A stretch of DNA of 64,000 nt from Patescibacteria group bacterium (lineage in GTDB: Bacteria; Patescibacteriota; JABMPQ01; JAQVVF01): positions 165,234 to 229,233 of the forward strand of contig JBAZSC010000002.1 of assembly GCA_041662665.1 (NCBI GenBank), read 5' to 3'. Below are positions 1-9,643 of this stretch, one piece after another. The notes under the pieces were generated by a model. The model made no database searches and had not been told where the DNA came from. It was given only the letters and a program-made list of their open reading frames with translations. Within the stretch, counting starts at the first letter, position 1; each line of letters opens with the position of its first letter. The position numbers were made by a program, and so were the translations under genes.

Positions 1-372
1 AAAACTTATGAAATTAGATTAGAAAACGACAAAGAAGTTGATAAAAAATTAGTCTCTGAAGAAAAAACTCTAGAGCCTCAAAACAAAATTATAGTTTATG
101 GTACAAAAAAACATCCACAAGGCAAGGTAATTACTGGCGGTCGAGCAACTTACTATTACGGTCCAACTATCGCAGCATGCAATCTTTTTCCCAAAGGAAC
201 CAAACTTCGCGTTACTAATGTAGATAATGGCCAGAGTATTGAAGTTATTGTTGACGATACCGGCGGTTTTGGCTGGCCGACAGTAATTGATCTTCGCCAA
301 GATTATTTTGAAAAAATCGGCGGTACAACAAATGCCGGCATTATTAATGTTACAATAGAAGAAATCCTTTAG
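1..372 (+). CDS. 3' end of G5-domain / RlpA-like (DPBB) cell-wall protein, 5'-truncated
   Basis: Frame 1 is open from base 1 to TAG at 370-372. It reads KTYEIRLENDKEV...EPQNKIIVYGTK (G5-like), then GRATYY...AACNLFPKGTKLRVTN..NGQSIEVIVDDTG..VIDL (RlpA/3D-like). Not in the ORF track because it lacks a start codon. Confidence 0.75.
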   Translation, partial: KTYEIRLENDKEVDKKLVSEEKTLEPQNKIIVYGTKKHPQGKVITGGRATYYYGPTIAACNLFPKGTKLRVTNVDNGQSIEVIVDDTGGFGWPTVIDLRQDYFEKIGGTTNAGIINVTIEEIL

Positions 373-567
373 AATGCCTAAATCTATTGCCAAATTGCTA
401 ATCCTATGCTAAAATCAAAGAACTAGAATAATTTTAAATAAAACAAACAGTGTTCAACAATTTAGCAATTGAACAATTAAAAATTTTGGAATACAAAATT
501 TTTAAGCAATTCAACATATTTAACCAATCTAACTAGTCTAACCAGTTTAACTCATTAATCAATACGT

Positions 568-783
568 ATGTCTAATATCTTAAGTATTATCCAAATTGTT
601 ATTTCTGTCTTTTTAATGATCACAATTTTAGTTCAAAATAAAGGCGTCGGATTATCTGCCACCTTTGGCGGTGAAGGCAATGTTTACCGTACCAAAAGAG
701 GTGCAGAAAGAGCCATTTTTATAACTACAATAGTTTTGGCTGTACTATTCTTAGTTACGGCTATGCTAAATCTGTTTTTCTAA
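568..783 (+). CDS. secG: Preprotein translocase subunit SecG
   Basis: Two hydrophobic segments around ILVQNKGVGLSATFGG...RTKRGAE, a typical SecG pattern. Confidence 0.9.
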   Translation: MSNILSIIQIVISVFLMITILVQNKGVGLSATFGGEGNVYRTKRGAERAIFITTIVLAVLFLVTAMLNLFF

Positions 784-799
784 AACCAAACTAGCTTAA

Positions 800-2524
800 A
801 TGAACAAATTTAAAACGGAGGACAAAAAACAAAAATTTCCTCATTTTTCTCAGCTTAAATTTCTTCCAAAGACTCTAAACAAAAAAGAAAAAATTCAAAG
901 CTTAGTCCTAATTATAATTTTGATTTTTAGTTTAGGATTTTTAGGCTATCAAGAATATACAAAAAGAATTGAAGTAATTGCCAAAGATGGCGGAAGATAT
1001 ACTGAAGGCGTTGTTGGCACGCCAAAATTTGTTAATCCATTATATTCTCAAACTAGTGACGTAGATTCAGATCTTACAAAACTGATTTACAGAGGCTTAA
1101 TGAAATATAATGCCAATCAAGAATTAGTCCCTGATCTGGCTGAATCTTATGAAATTTCCAAAGATAAAAAAATCTATACTTTCAAACTAAAAAATAACGT
1201 CAAATGGCATAACAATGAATCGTTTAATGCTGATGATGTCATTTTTACAGTTCAAGCAATCAAAAACCCAGAGTATCAAAGTCCTTTACAAATCAATTTT
1301 GAAGGCGTCGAAGTCAGCAAGATTGACGATTTTACTGTCCAATTCACTTTGCAGAAAGAAAAATATTCTCCATTTCTTACCGAAAATACACTTTTTGGCA
1401 TCATTCCCAAAAAAGTTTGGGAAAGCATTCCACCAAAAAATGCGCCTTTTTCAGAACAAAATTTAGTTCCTGTAGGATCAGGACCTTTCAAATTCAAAGA
1501 ATATAAAAAAGATAAAACTTCTGGCCAAATTGTTTCTTATACTCTTGAAAAATTTCCTGATTATTATGGCAAAAAACCATATCTTTCAGAAATAATTTTC
1601 AAATTTTATAATGATTATCCTGATTTAGCAAAAGCTTACAACAAAAAACAAATTGACGCCATTAGCTATATTCCAATTGAAGAACAACAAAATATCAAAA
1701 AAGAAATAAATTCTTTCAATCTTAATTTACCTCAATATTACGCTATCTTTTTTAACACTGATCAAAATGATGCATTGAAATATAAACCAGTCCGTCAAGC
1801 TTTAAATTTTGCAATTGATCGCGATAAAATAGTTAGCGAAGCTTTAAACAAACAAGCAATTTTAATTGATTCTCCAATTCTGCCAAATTATCAAGAATAT
1901 AATCCAGATGCCAAAAAATATAATTTTGATTTGGAAAAAGCAAAAAAAACTTTAAAAAAAGGCGGTTGGACAAAACAAGGAGATTATTTAGCTTTTGAAG
2001 ACACGACGCTTGAAATAACTTTAACTATCATCAACCAACCAGAATTTCAAAAAATAGCTGAAATTATCAAATCAAATTGGGAAAGTTTAGGAGTCAAAGT
2101 CAATATTGAAGCCCTAGAGGCAACTGATCTTCAATCAAATTATATTCGACCAAGACAATATCAAGCTTTGCTTTATGGACAATTACTAGGCCATGATCCA
2201 GATCCATATCCATTCTGGCATTCTTCACAAGCTAAAGATCCAGGTTTGAATTTAACATCTTTACAAAGAGATAAAATTGATAAGTTATTAGAAACTGCCC
2301 GCCAACAAATCAATCCTGAAGAACGCAAAAAAACTTATCAAAAATTTCAAGAACTTTTAATCAATGAAGCTCCTGCAATATTTTTATACAGTCCAACTTA
2401 TTTGTATGGACAGAATAAAAAAGTTAAAGGCTTCAACCAAAAATTTACTTTTGTTCCATCAGACCGATTTTCAGATGTGGAAAATTGGTACGTCAAAACA
2501 AAATTAAAGATAAAAAATCCCTAA
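800..2524 (+). CDS. ABC transporter peptide-binding protein (family 5, OppA/DppA-like), N-terminal TM anchor
   Basis: PDLAESYEIS..YTFKLK..VKWH...ADDVIFT, PVGSGPFKF, VRQALNFAIDR and APAIFLY motifs. Confidence 0.9.
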   Translation: MNKFKTEDKKQKFPHFSQLKFLPKTLNKKEKIQSLVLIIILIFSLGFLGYQEYTKRIEVIAKDGGRYTEGVVGTPKFVNPLYSQTSDVDSDLTKLIYRGLMKYNANQELVPDLAESYEISKDKKIYTFKLKNNVKWHNNESFNADDVIFTVQAIKNPEYQSPLQINFEGVEVSKIDDFTVQFTLQKEKYSPFLTENTLFGIIPKKVWESIPPKNAPFSEQNLVPVGSGPFKFKEYKKDKTSGQIVSYTLEKFPDYYGKKPYLSEIIFKFYNDYPDLAKAYNKKQIDAISYIPIEEQQNIKKEINSFNLNLPQYYAIFFNTDQNDALKYKPVRQALNFAIDRDKIVSEALNKQAILIDSPILPNYQEYNPDAKKYNFDLEKAKKTLKKGGWTKQGDYLAFEDTTLEITLTIINQPEFQKIAEIIKSNWESLGVKVNIEALEATDLQSNYIRPRQYQALLYGQLLGHDPDPYPFWHSSQAKDPGLNLTSLQRDKIDKLLETARQQINPEERKKTYQKFQELLINEAPAIFLYSPTYLYGQNKKVKGFNQKFTFVPSDRFSDVENWYVKTKLKIKNP

Positions 2525-2546
2525 TTAACTGATTGATTAGTTTAAT

Positions 2547-2629
2547 GCCGGAGTGGCGAAATGGCAGACGCGTAGCGTTCAGGACGCTATGTTCTTTTGG
2601 ACATGTGGGTTCGACTCCCACCTTCGGCA
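2547..2629 (+). tRNA. tRNA-Leu(CAG)
   Basis: GCCGGAG/CTTCGGC acceptor stem, D-loop TGGCAGACGC, anticodon arm TAGCG-TTCAGGA-CGCTA, long variable arm, GGTTCGACTCC T-arm; CCA not encoded. Confidence 0.93.
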
Positions 2630-2645
2630 GTAACTTACAACTTCT

Positions 2646-3245
2646 ATGATAAAAACTATTATCTTTGATATTGATGGAATGATTATTAAGAGAGAAATGT
2701 ATTTTAGCCAATATTACTCACAAAAATTCAAAGTTCCTATAGAAAAAATGCTTCCATTTTATAATAATAAATTTCAACTTTGTTTAATTGGAAAAGCAGA
2801 TCTAAAAAAAGAAATTGCCAAATATCTAAATCAATGGAAATGGAAAAAATCAGTCGATGATTTTCTCTTACTTTGGTTCAAATACGAAAGCAATCTAGAT
2901 AATAAAGTTTTGGAAAGCATAAAAAAATTGAGAAAGAAAAAGATCAATTGTTATATTGGTACTGACAACGAAAAATATCGTGTCAACTATCTACTTAACA
3001 ATCTGAAATTAGCAAAATATTTTGATGGAATTTTTGCTTCATCCAAAATTGGTTACCAAAAATCACAACAAGAATTTTGGTCACAAGTCTACAAAAGTCT
3101 TAAGCAACCTAACAAATCAGAAATCCTATTTTGGGACGATGATCCAAAAAACGTAAAGTCAGCACAAGATTTTGGCTTCAACGCTAAAGTCTATACTAAC
3201 TTTTCAGATTACGAAAACAAAATAAAATTATTAATTAACATTTAA
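2646..3245 (+). CDS. HAD-superfamily hydrolase
   Basis: IIFDIDG motif I, IGYQK motif III, FWDD..NV motif IV. Confidence 0.85.
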   Translation: MIKTIIFDIDGMIIKREMYFSQYYSQKFKVPIEKMLPFYNNKFQLCLIGKADLKKEIAKYLNQWKWKKSVDDFLLLWFKYESNLDNKVLESIKKLRKKKINCYIGTDNEKYRVNYLLNNLKLAKYFDGIFASSKIGYQKSQQEFWSQVYKSLKQPNKSEILFWDDDPKNVKSAQDFGFNAKVYTNFSDYENKIKLLINI

Positions 3246-3329
3246 CAACAAAAAACAAAAACATTTTAAAAGTAAATTTTTATTTACTAATTAACAAATA
3301 AAACTAATAAACTAATTAAACTAAATATT

Positions 3330-5021
3330 ATGAACAATAAATTTATTCCAAAATTAAAAATTATTCCGCTAGGCGGATTAGAAGAAATAGGTCGAAATAT
3401 GACCTTAATTGAATATGCAAGAGACATCATCATCATTGATATGGGCTTGCAATTCCCAGAAGAAAACATGCCTGGAATTGATTATATCATTCCAAACATC
3501 GCCTATTTGAAAGGCAAAGAAAATTATATTAGAGGCGTTATTATTACTCATGGTCATTTTGACCATATCGGCGCTATCCCTCACATCATGGATCGCATTG
3601 GCAACCCAACTATTTTTACTGCCAAATTAACAAGGGCAATGATTGAGAAACGCCAGGAAGAATTTGATAAAAAAGAAAAATTATCAATTTATACAATTTC
3701 AGAACAAGACCAAATTCAGCTTGGCCAATTTAAAGTTGAATTTTTTAAAGTCAATCACAACATTCCAGATGGCTATGGAGTAATCGTCCACTCGCCTGTC
3801 GGTACGATCATTCATACTGGCGATTTTAAATTTGATCCAACACCAGTTGGAGACATGCCAGCAAATAAAGAAAAATTAGCCAAAATTGGAAAACAAGGAG
3901 TTCTCGCATTAATGTCAGATAGCACTGGTGCTGAAAATTCAGGTCATTCCATTTCTGAAAAAACGATTATGGAAACATTAAACAAAATTATTTCTGAAGC
4001 AAAAGGCAGAATCATTTTAGCTACTTTTTCATCACTTATTACTCGTATTCAACAAGTTATTTTCATTGCTGAAAAATTAGGCAAAAAAGTTGCAATCGAA
4101 GGTTTTTCTATGAAAACAAATGTTGAAATCTGCAAAAAGCTAGGCTATTTAAAAACTGGCAAGAAAATTCTCGTCAGTACAAAACAAGCTTTGAAATTAC
4201 CAAAAGATAAAATAATTATTTTATGCACTGGTGCTCAAGGTGAAGAAGCAGCTGTTCTAATGCGTATTGCCAATCAAGATCACAAAGAAATAGAAATCGA
4301 AAAAGGAGATTCTGTTATTTTTTCATCATCAGTAATTCCAGGAAATGAAAGAAGTGTTCAAAGATTAAAAGATAATTTGACTAGATTAGGTGCTGATATT
4401 TTTCATTACAAAATGATGGATGTCCATTCCAGCGGTCATGGTTTTATTGATGATCTAACAGAAATGATTACCTTAACCAAACCAAAATATTTTATTCCAG
4501 TTCATGGAAATCATTTCTTATTAAAATTACATGGCGATATTGCAAGAAACACAAATATCGTCAAAGATCCAAATATCTTTGTTTGCGACAATGGCCAAAT
4601 CATGGAATATCAAAAACAAGGCGAAACAGTTGTCGGCGAATTAACAAAACGAAAAGTTCCAGCAGGACATGTTATGGTTGATGGACTTGGCGTCGGCGAT
4701 GTTTCAAATGTTGTTTTAAGAGATCGTCAAGCTATGGCAGAAGATGGCATGTTCGTGATAATCTTAACTATGGATGGAAATACTGGAAAATTAGTCAGCG
4801 ATCCAGATATCATCTCTCGTGGCTTTGTCTTTATGAAAGAATCAAAAAGATTAATTGGCCAGACCAAAGAAAGAATCAAAAAAATCTTAATTGATCATGA
4901 TCCAAAGACTTCATCAAATGATACTTATATCAGAAATAAAGTCCGCGATCAAATTGGTCAATTCTTATTTACCAGAACTCAAAGAAGACCAATGATTCTT
5001 CCAGTCATCATCGAAGTTTAA
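3330..5021 (+). CDS. rnj: Ribonuclease J
   Basis: PLGGLEEIGRNM, THGHFDHIG, HTGDFKFD, HSSGH, PVHG and C-terminal RRPMILPVIIEV. Confidence 0.97.
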   Translation: MNNKFIPKLKIIPLGGLEEIGRNMTLIEYARDIIIIDMGLQFPEENMPGIDYIIPNIAYLKGKENYIRGVIITHGHFDHIGAIPHIMDRIGNPTIFTAKLTRAMIEKRQEEFDKKEKLSIYTISEQDQIQLGQFKVEFFKVNHNIPDGYGVIVHSPVGTIIHTGDFKFDPTPVGDMPANKEKLAKIGKQGVLALMSDSTGAENSGHSISEKTIMETLNKIISEAKGRIILATFSSLITRIQQVIFIAEKLGKKVAIEGFSMKTNVEICKKLGYLKTGKKILVSTKQALKLPKDKIIILCTGAQGEEAAVLMRIANQDHKEIEIEKGDSVIFSSSVIPGNERSVQRLKDNLTRLGADIFHYKMMDVHSSGHGFIDDLTEMITLTKPKYFIPVHGNHFLLKLHGDIARNTNIVKDPNIFVCDNGQIMEYQKQGETVVGELTKRKVPAGHVMVDGLGVGDVSNVVLRDRQAMAEDGMFVIILTMDGNTGKLVSDPDIISRGFVFMKESKRLIGQTKERIKKILIDHDPKTSSNDTYIRNKVRDQIGQFLFTRTQRRPMILPVIIEV

Positions 5022-5065
5022 ACCACAGATTTGCACAGATACTGAACAGATTTAACACAGATACT
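5022..5065 (+). repeat. Left arm (ACACAGAT-type array) of the inverted repeat flanking the GxxExxY gene
   Basis: accacagatttgcacagatactgaacagatttaacacagatact; complementary to 5532-5583. Confidence 0.85.
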
Positions 5066-5091
5066 AAAACAAATTAAACAAAAATAAAATT

Positions 5092-5520
5092 ATGTTTTTA
5101 CACAAAGAGTTAAGTTGGAAAATTATTGGTATTTGTATGAAAATTCAAAATGAATATGGTTCAAATCATAATGAAAGAATTTATCATTCATTACTAATAG
5201 AGCAATTTACTCTTCAAAAAATCAATTTTTTATCCAAACCCAAAATTCCAGTTTTATCTAAACAAACAGGCAAAAAAATTGGCCTATATGAACCTGATTT
5301 TCTCATCGAAAAATTAATAATCTTAGAAATCAAAGCCAAACCTTTTAATTTTAAAAAAGATGAAACTCAATTACAAGAATATCTGAATACAACGCCTTAT
5401 GAAATTGGTTATTTAGTAAATTTTGGTTTTCAAAATAAATTATATTTCAAAAGAATTATCTGTACCAATAATCTCAAAAATTTCCTAAGCCTTCCTAAAA
5501 AATTATATGCGTCTCAATAA
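5092..5520 (+). CDS. GxxExxY family protein (PD-(D/E)XK-like nuclease fold)
   Basis: ELSWKIIG..MKIQNEYGSNHNERIY (motif variant), YEPDFLIE..IILEIKA, QLQEYL..GYLVNFG. Confidence 0.88.
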   Translation: MFLHKELSWKIIGICMKIQNEYGSNHNERIYHSLLIEQFTLQKINFLSKPKIPVLSKQTGKKIGLYEPDFLIEKLIILEIKAKPFNFKKDETQLQEYLNTTPYEIGYLVNFGFQNKLYFKRIICTNNLKNFLSLPKKLYASQ

Positions 5521-5531
5521 ATCAGTAGTAA

Positions 5532-5583
5532 AGTATCTGTGTCTCTGTGAACATCTGTCTCGTATCTGTGTAAGATCTGTGGT
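5532..5583 (+). repeat. Right arm (ATCTGTG-type array) of the inverted repeat flanking the GxxExxY gene
   Basis: agtatctgtgtctctgtgaacatctgtctcgtatctgtgtaagatctgtggt. Confidence 0.85.
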
Positions 5584-5607
5584 AAACTAATATCTAACAA
5601 TAAAAAT

Positions 5608-6597
5608 ATGTCTAAAGTTATTTTCTCAGGTATTCAACCAAGTGGAGAATTACACATTGGCAATTATTTCGGTGCAATTAAAAACTGGTTAGAATTACAA
5701 AAACAAGAAAGTCTTTGCTATTTCTGCGTTGTTGATTTACATGCCATTACTATCGATTATGATCCAAAACAATTTCAAGACAAAATTCTAGACACTATAG
5801 CAACTTATCTTGCGTGCGGAATTGATCCAGAAAAATCAATTATTTTTGTTCAATCAAAAGTCAAAGAACATGCTGAATTAGCCTGGCTTTTAAACACTAT
5901 TACTCCTATTTCCGAGCTTGAAAGAATGACTCAATACAAAGATAAGCGCGCCCAACATATCAAAAACGTTAATATTGGCCTTCTAGATTATCCAGTTTTA
6001 CAAGCCGCCGATATATTGCTTTATAATACAAACATCGTTCCAGTGGGCCAGGATCAAAAACAGCATATTGAATTAGCAAGAACTATTGCCAATAAATTCA
6101 ATACTAAATTTGGAAAGACTCTTACAATTCCAGAACATTTCATTCCAGAAGTTGGCGCTAAAATTATGTCGCTTCTTGAGCCAACCAAAAAAATGTCCAA
6201 ATCCCATAATCCAAAATCATATATTTCTTTATCTGATTCCAAAGAACATATTGAGAAAAAAATAATGTCAGCAGTTACTGATTCTGATAATAAAATATTT
6301 TTTGATCCAGAAAAAAAGCCAGCTATTTCAAATCTATTATCAATCTATCATTTAGCAACTGGCTGGACTTTGCAACAAATTCAAGATAAATATAAAGATT
6401 CAACTAGCTATGCCCAATTTAAAAAAGATTTGGCAGAAAATATAATAAAATTATTGCAACCGATTCAAGATAAAAAACAAGAATTATTAAAAGACGAAAC
6501 TAAGCTTTTAGAAATCTTAGATAATAGCACCAAAAAAGCTCAAACCGAAGCTACAAAAACAATGCTTATTGTTAAGAAAAAAATGGGTTTAATTTAA
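5608..6597 (+). CDS. trpS: Tryptophan--tRNA ligase
   Basis: SGIQPSGELHIGNY, YPVLQAADIL, VPVGQDQKQH, KMSKS. Confidence 0.97.
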   Translation: MSKVIFSGIQPSGELHIGNYFGAIKNWLELQKQESLCYFCVVDLHAITIDYDPKQFQDKILDTIATYLACGIDPEKSIIFVQSKVKEHAELAWLLNTITPISELERMTQYKDKRAQHIKNVNIGLLDYPVLQAADILLYNTNIVPVGQDQKQHIELARTIANKFNTKFGKTLTIPEHFIPEVGAKIMSLLEPTKKMSKSHNPKSYISLSDSKEHIEKKIMSAVTDSDNKIFFDPEKKPAISNLLSIYHLATGWTLQQIQDKYKDSTSYAQFKKDLAENIIKLLQPIQDKKQELLKDETKLLEILDNSTKKAQTEATKTMLIVKKKMGLI

Positions 6598-6632
6598 ACT
6601 ATTTTAAAGTTTAATAATTAAAATAAAAAAAT

Positions 6633-6770
6633 ATGCCAACATGCAAAGATTGCAAAAATTTCGCTCCAAATCCAACTGATCCAAACAAAGGTGAATGCTA
6701 TGGACACGAAGTTGATGCAAACATGGACTCAGAAAAATGCCCAGCAAAAAGCTTTCAAGCAAAAGAATAA
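6633..6770 (+). CDS. 45-aa four-Cys small protein (below the ORF-track cutoff)
   Basis: ATG at 6633 to TAA at 6768-6770: MPTCKDCKNFAPNPTDPNKGECYGHEVDANMDSEKCPAKSFQAKE. A-rich upstream region like other genes here; terminator follows. Confidence 0.75.
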   Translation: MPTCKDCKNFAPNPTDPNKGECYGHEVDANMDSEKCPAKSFQAKE

Positions 6771-6786
6771 TTGATTTTAAAGAAAC

Positions 6787-6817
6787 AAAAACGAGACCAT
6801 TTCAGCCTCGTTTTTTT
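6787..6817. terminator. Bidirectional intrinsic terminator
   Basis: aaaaacgag-accatttcagc-ctcgtttttt between convergent genes. Confidence 0.65.
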
Positions 6818-6820
6818 ATT

Positions 6821-6870
6821 TATCTGTGTCTCTGTGCTTTATCTGTAAAGTATCTGTATAAAATCTGTGG
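6821..6870. repeat. Solo ATCTGTG-type array
   Basis: tatctgtgtctctgtgctttatctgtaaagtatctgtataaaatctgtgg, directly after the mutase stop codon. Confidence 0.75.
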
Positions 6871-6871
6871 C

Positions 6872-8725
6872 CTAGCCTAATATTTCAAATCTCTCTCCAC
6901 CAATAGAAATTTTTTCTGCTCTCAAAACAAAATCTTCCAAAATTTCATGCACTAACTTATCACATTTCTCTTTTATCTCTTGATATTCTTCATCAGATTT
7001 ATTAATGCCAACTTCCATTCCACAAGCTGCATAAAATTTTATTTTGGGTTCAGTTCCAGATGGTCTAACAACTACTCTGATTGTCTTTTCTTTATTTAAA
7101 TAAAATATTAATGCATTATCTGGAAAACCAATATATTTTCCAACAACTTTATTAGTTTTTGGATCAATAAATTTTTTTTCTAATTGATCTAAAACAGTAA
7201 ACACTTCTAATCCAGAAACTTTAGTTGGCAATTTCGCTCTAAATTTATCCATTATTTTTTTCATTTTATCCATTCCATCCATACCCTTGTAAAAAACAGC
7301 TTGCAACAATTCGCGATAATAACCATATTTTTTCTTTATAATTTCTAATTGTTGATACAAAGTCTTCCCTTCTTTTTTTAACAAACCAGCATATTCACAA
7401 ATTAATAATGCTGCAATTGCACCATCTTTATCTCTCGCATAATCTCCATACAAATATCCATGGCTTTCTTCAGCCCCAAATAAAAATTTATTGCCTTTTA
7501 ATCTTGTATCAATTGCATTGCCAATATATTTAAAACCAACTGGCAAATCTGTTATAACTTTACAACCATTATCTTCGGCAATTTTTGTCAGCAAGTCAGT
7601 AGTTACAACAGTTTTAATCATCATTGTTTTTTTCAAATCTGTTTTTTTACTCAACATTCTTGTTATATAATCCAAAAGCAAAACTCCAATTTGATTGCCA
7701 TTCAAAAATATATATTTTTCTTTTTTTATTGTTTCTGGACTAACAACGCCAATTCTATCAGCATCAGGATCAGCAGCAACCAACACATCAACCTTATTTT
7801 TTTTAGCCTGTTTTGTCCCAAGATCTAAAGAAATTGGAACTTCAGGATTTGGAATTTGTTTTGCAACACTTTTAAAATCTGGATCAAAAGGCATTTGGCT
7901 TTTTACAGTTTCAACTTTTTTGAAACCAACATTTTTCAAAACTGGCAAAAAAGAAGTACTCGCACAACCATTCAAAGGCGTAAATAAAATATGAACGTCT
8001 CGATAATTACCTAATGACAATTTACTTACAGTATCAACAAAAGCTTGATCAATATCTTTACCTAAAATTTTAATCTTTCCAGATTCTTTTGCTTTATTAA
8101 AATCAATTGTTTTTATTTTTTTAACAGCCATGACTTTATTAATAATATTTTTGTCATGAGGAGGAACAATTTGACCGCCATTATCAAAATATACTTTAAT
8201 TCCATTATCAGAAGGAGGATTATGGCTTGCACTAATCATTGCTCCACCGACTGCTTTCATTTTCCTAATTGTAAAAGATATCTGCGGAGTTGATCTAACA
8301 CCCTCATAAAAATATACTTTAAAATTATTTCCAGCAAAAACTGAAGCTGCTGTCTTTGCAAACAATTCAGAATTATGACGAACATCATAAGTCACTACAA
8401 TTCCTTTTTTTAACGCTTTATTCCCAAAAAATTTAATTAGATAATCAGCAAAACCTTGTGCAGATTCAGAAATTGTTCGAACATTAATTCTATTTGATCC
8501 AACTCCCATCATTCCCCTTCTTCCTCCAGTTCCAAAAGGAATAACCTGAAAAAAAGCGTTATTCAAATCATCAACTTTTTCATTATTAATCATCTCAATA
8601 ATTTCATCCCAAAATTTTTCACATTCATCACTATTCAACCAAATTTTTATATTTTTAACAGCCGAATCCACCAAACCTTTTTTCTTTAAACTAAGGAGTT
8701 TAGCATTTATTTCATTTATTTTCAT
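6872..8725 (-). CDS. Phospho-sugar mutase (PGM/PMM family)
   Basis: FGTGGRRG, SASHNP, DPDADR, GAEESHG, RPSGTEPKIKFY. Confidence 0.93.
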   Translation of the reverse strand: MKINEINAKLLSLKKKGLVDSAVKNIKIWLNSDECEKFWDEIIEMINNEKVDDLNNAFFQVIPFGTGGRRGMMGVGSNRINVRTISESAQGFADYLIKFFGNKALKKGIVVTYDVRHNSELFAKTAASVFAGNNFKVYFYEGVRSTPQISFTIRKMKAVGGAMISASHNPPSDNGIKVYFDNGGQIVPPHDKNIINKVMAVKKIKTIDFNKAKESGKIKILGKDIDQAFVDTVSKLSLGNYRDVHILFTPLNGCASTSFLPVLKNVGFKKVETVKSQMPFDPDFKSVAKQIPNPEVPISLDLGTKQAKKNKVDVLVAADPDADRIGVVSPETIKKEKYIFLNGNQIGVLLLDYITRMLSKKTDLKKTMMIKTVVTTDLLTKIAEDNGCKVITDLPVGFKYIGNAIDTRLKGNKFLFGAEESHGYLYGDYARDKDGAIAALLICEYAGLLKKEGKTLYQQLEIIKKKYGYYRELLQAVFYKGMDGMDKMKKIMDKFRAKLPTKVSGLEVFTVLDQLEKKFIDPKTNKVVGKYIGFPDNALIFYLNKEKTIRVVVRPSGTEPKIKFYAACGMEVGINKSDEEYQEIKEKCDKLVHEILEDFVLRAEKISIGGERFEILG

Positions 8726-8784
8726 ATTTATTTTTATTACTTTTTATAATAAAAAATGCCGAAGTTTCCTTCGACATTATATTG

Positions 8785-9000
8785 TTATCTTACAAAAGTA
8801 AGCAATCCCAATACCCTTGCTCTTTTAATTGCCTTAGCAACCATTCTTTGGTGTCTTGCGCAATTTCCAGTTCTTCTTGTTGAAGCAATCTTAGAATAAG
8901 GAGTCAAAAATCTTTTTAAAAAATTAATGTCTCGATAATTGATTGTTTCAATTTTTTCCGCGCATAGCATACACGGTTTTCTAAAAATAGTCTCCGCCAT
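8785..9000 (-). CDS. rpsR: 30S ribosomal protein S18
   Basis: INYRD..FLKRF...KI...RRTGNCARHQR..AKAIKRAR; Zn-binding Cys pattern. Confidence 0.95.
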   Translation of the reverse strand: MAETIFRKPCMLCAEKIETINYRDINFLKRFLTPYSKIASTRRTGNCARHQRMVAKAIKRARVLGLLTFVR

Positions 9001-9022
9001 AAAATATTATGAATTAAATAAT

Positions 9023-9634
9023 TTAAAATGGAATATCTTCAACTTTAATTTCTTCATCTTTATTAACTTCTGTTGCAACTGGACTTGGCATTGCTTGTGG
9101 CATTACATTTTCAGAAGGCTGTGCTTGCGCAACAGAATTAGCTGGCTCTTCTAATGATATTGATGGTAGATTTTCAGATACAGGTTTTGAAACTGCTCCA
9201 AAGCTTTCTGATTGATTAACTGGTCTTGCAAAAGACTGAGTTTGTGCTTGAGTTTGAACAGGATTTTGATTTGCAAAATTTCCTGAATTAACTGGCTGAC
9301 TTGCACCTCTTGAATCTAGCATAATCATATTTTCTGCAACTATTTCTGTTCTATATCTTTTAACACCATCTTGTCCTACCCAATCGCGAGTTTGAATTCT
9401 GCCTTCAAGATAAACCTTTTTGCCTTTTGATAAATATTGGCTACAAATATCAGCTAATTTTCTCCAAGTAACAATATTGTGATATTCAACTTTTTCTTGT
9501 CTTTGACCTGATGCATCTTTCCACATCAAATTAGTTGCTACACTGAAACTGCAAACATTAGATCCCGAAGGAATAGTTCTTGTTTCTGGATCACGAGTCA
9601 ATCTTCCGATAATCATTGCTTTGTTCAAATCCAT
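9023..9634 (-). CDS. ssb: Single-stranded DNA-binding protein
   Basis: LNKAMIIGRLTRDPE, VYLEGRIQTR, C-terminal DIPF. Confidence 0.97.
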   Translation of the reverse strand: MDLNKAMIIGRLTRDPETRTIPSGSNVCSFSVATNLMWKDASGQRQEKVEYHNIVTWRKLADICSQYLSKGKKVYLEGRIQTRDWVGQDGVKRYRTEIVAENMIMLDSRGASQPVNSGNFANQNPVQTQAQTQSFARPVNQSESFGAVSKPVSENLPSISLEEPANSVAQAQPSENVMPQAMPSPVATEVNKDEEIKVEDIPF

Positions 9635-9643
9635 AGTTTTCTA

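Noticed and set aside
70-393. Minus-strand 107-aa ORF
   Set aside because: Antisense shadow of the plus-strand G5/RlpA-like frame (1-372), which has recognisable motifs.
2493-2711. 72-aa minus-strand ORF
   Set aside because: Antisense to tRNA-Leu and overlaps two real genes.
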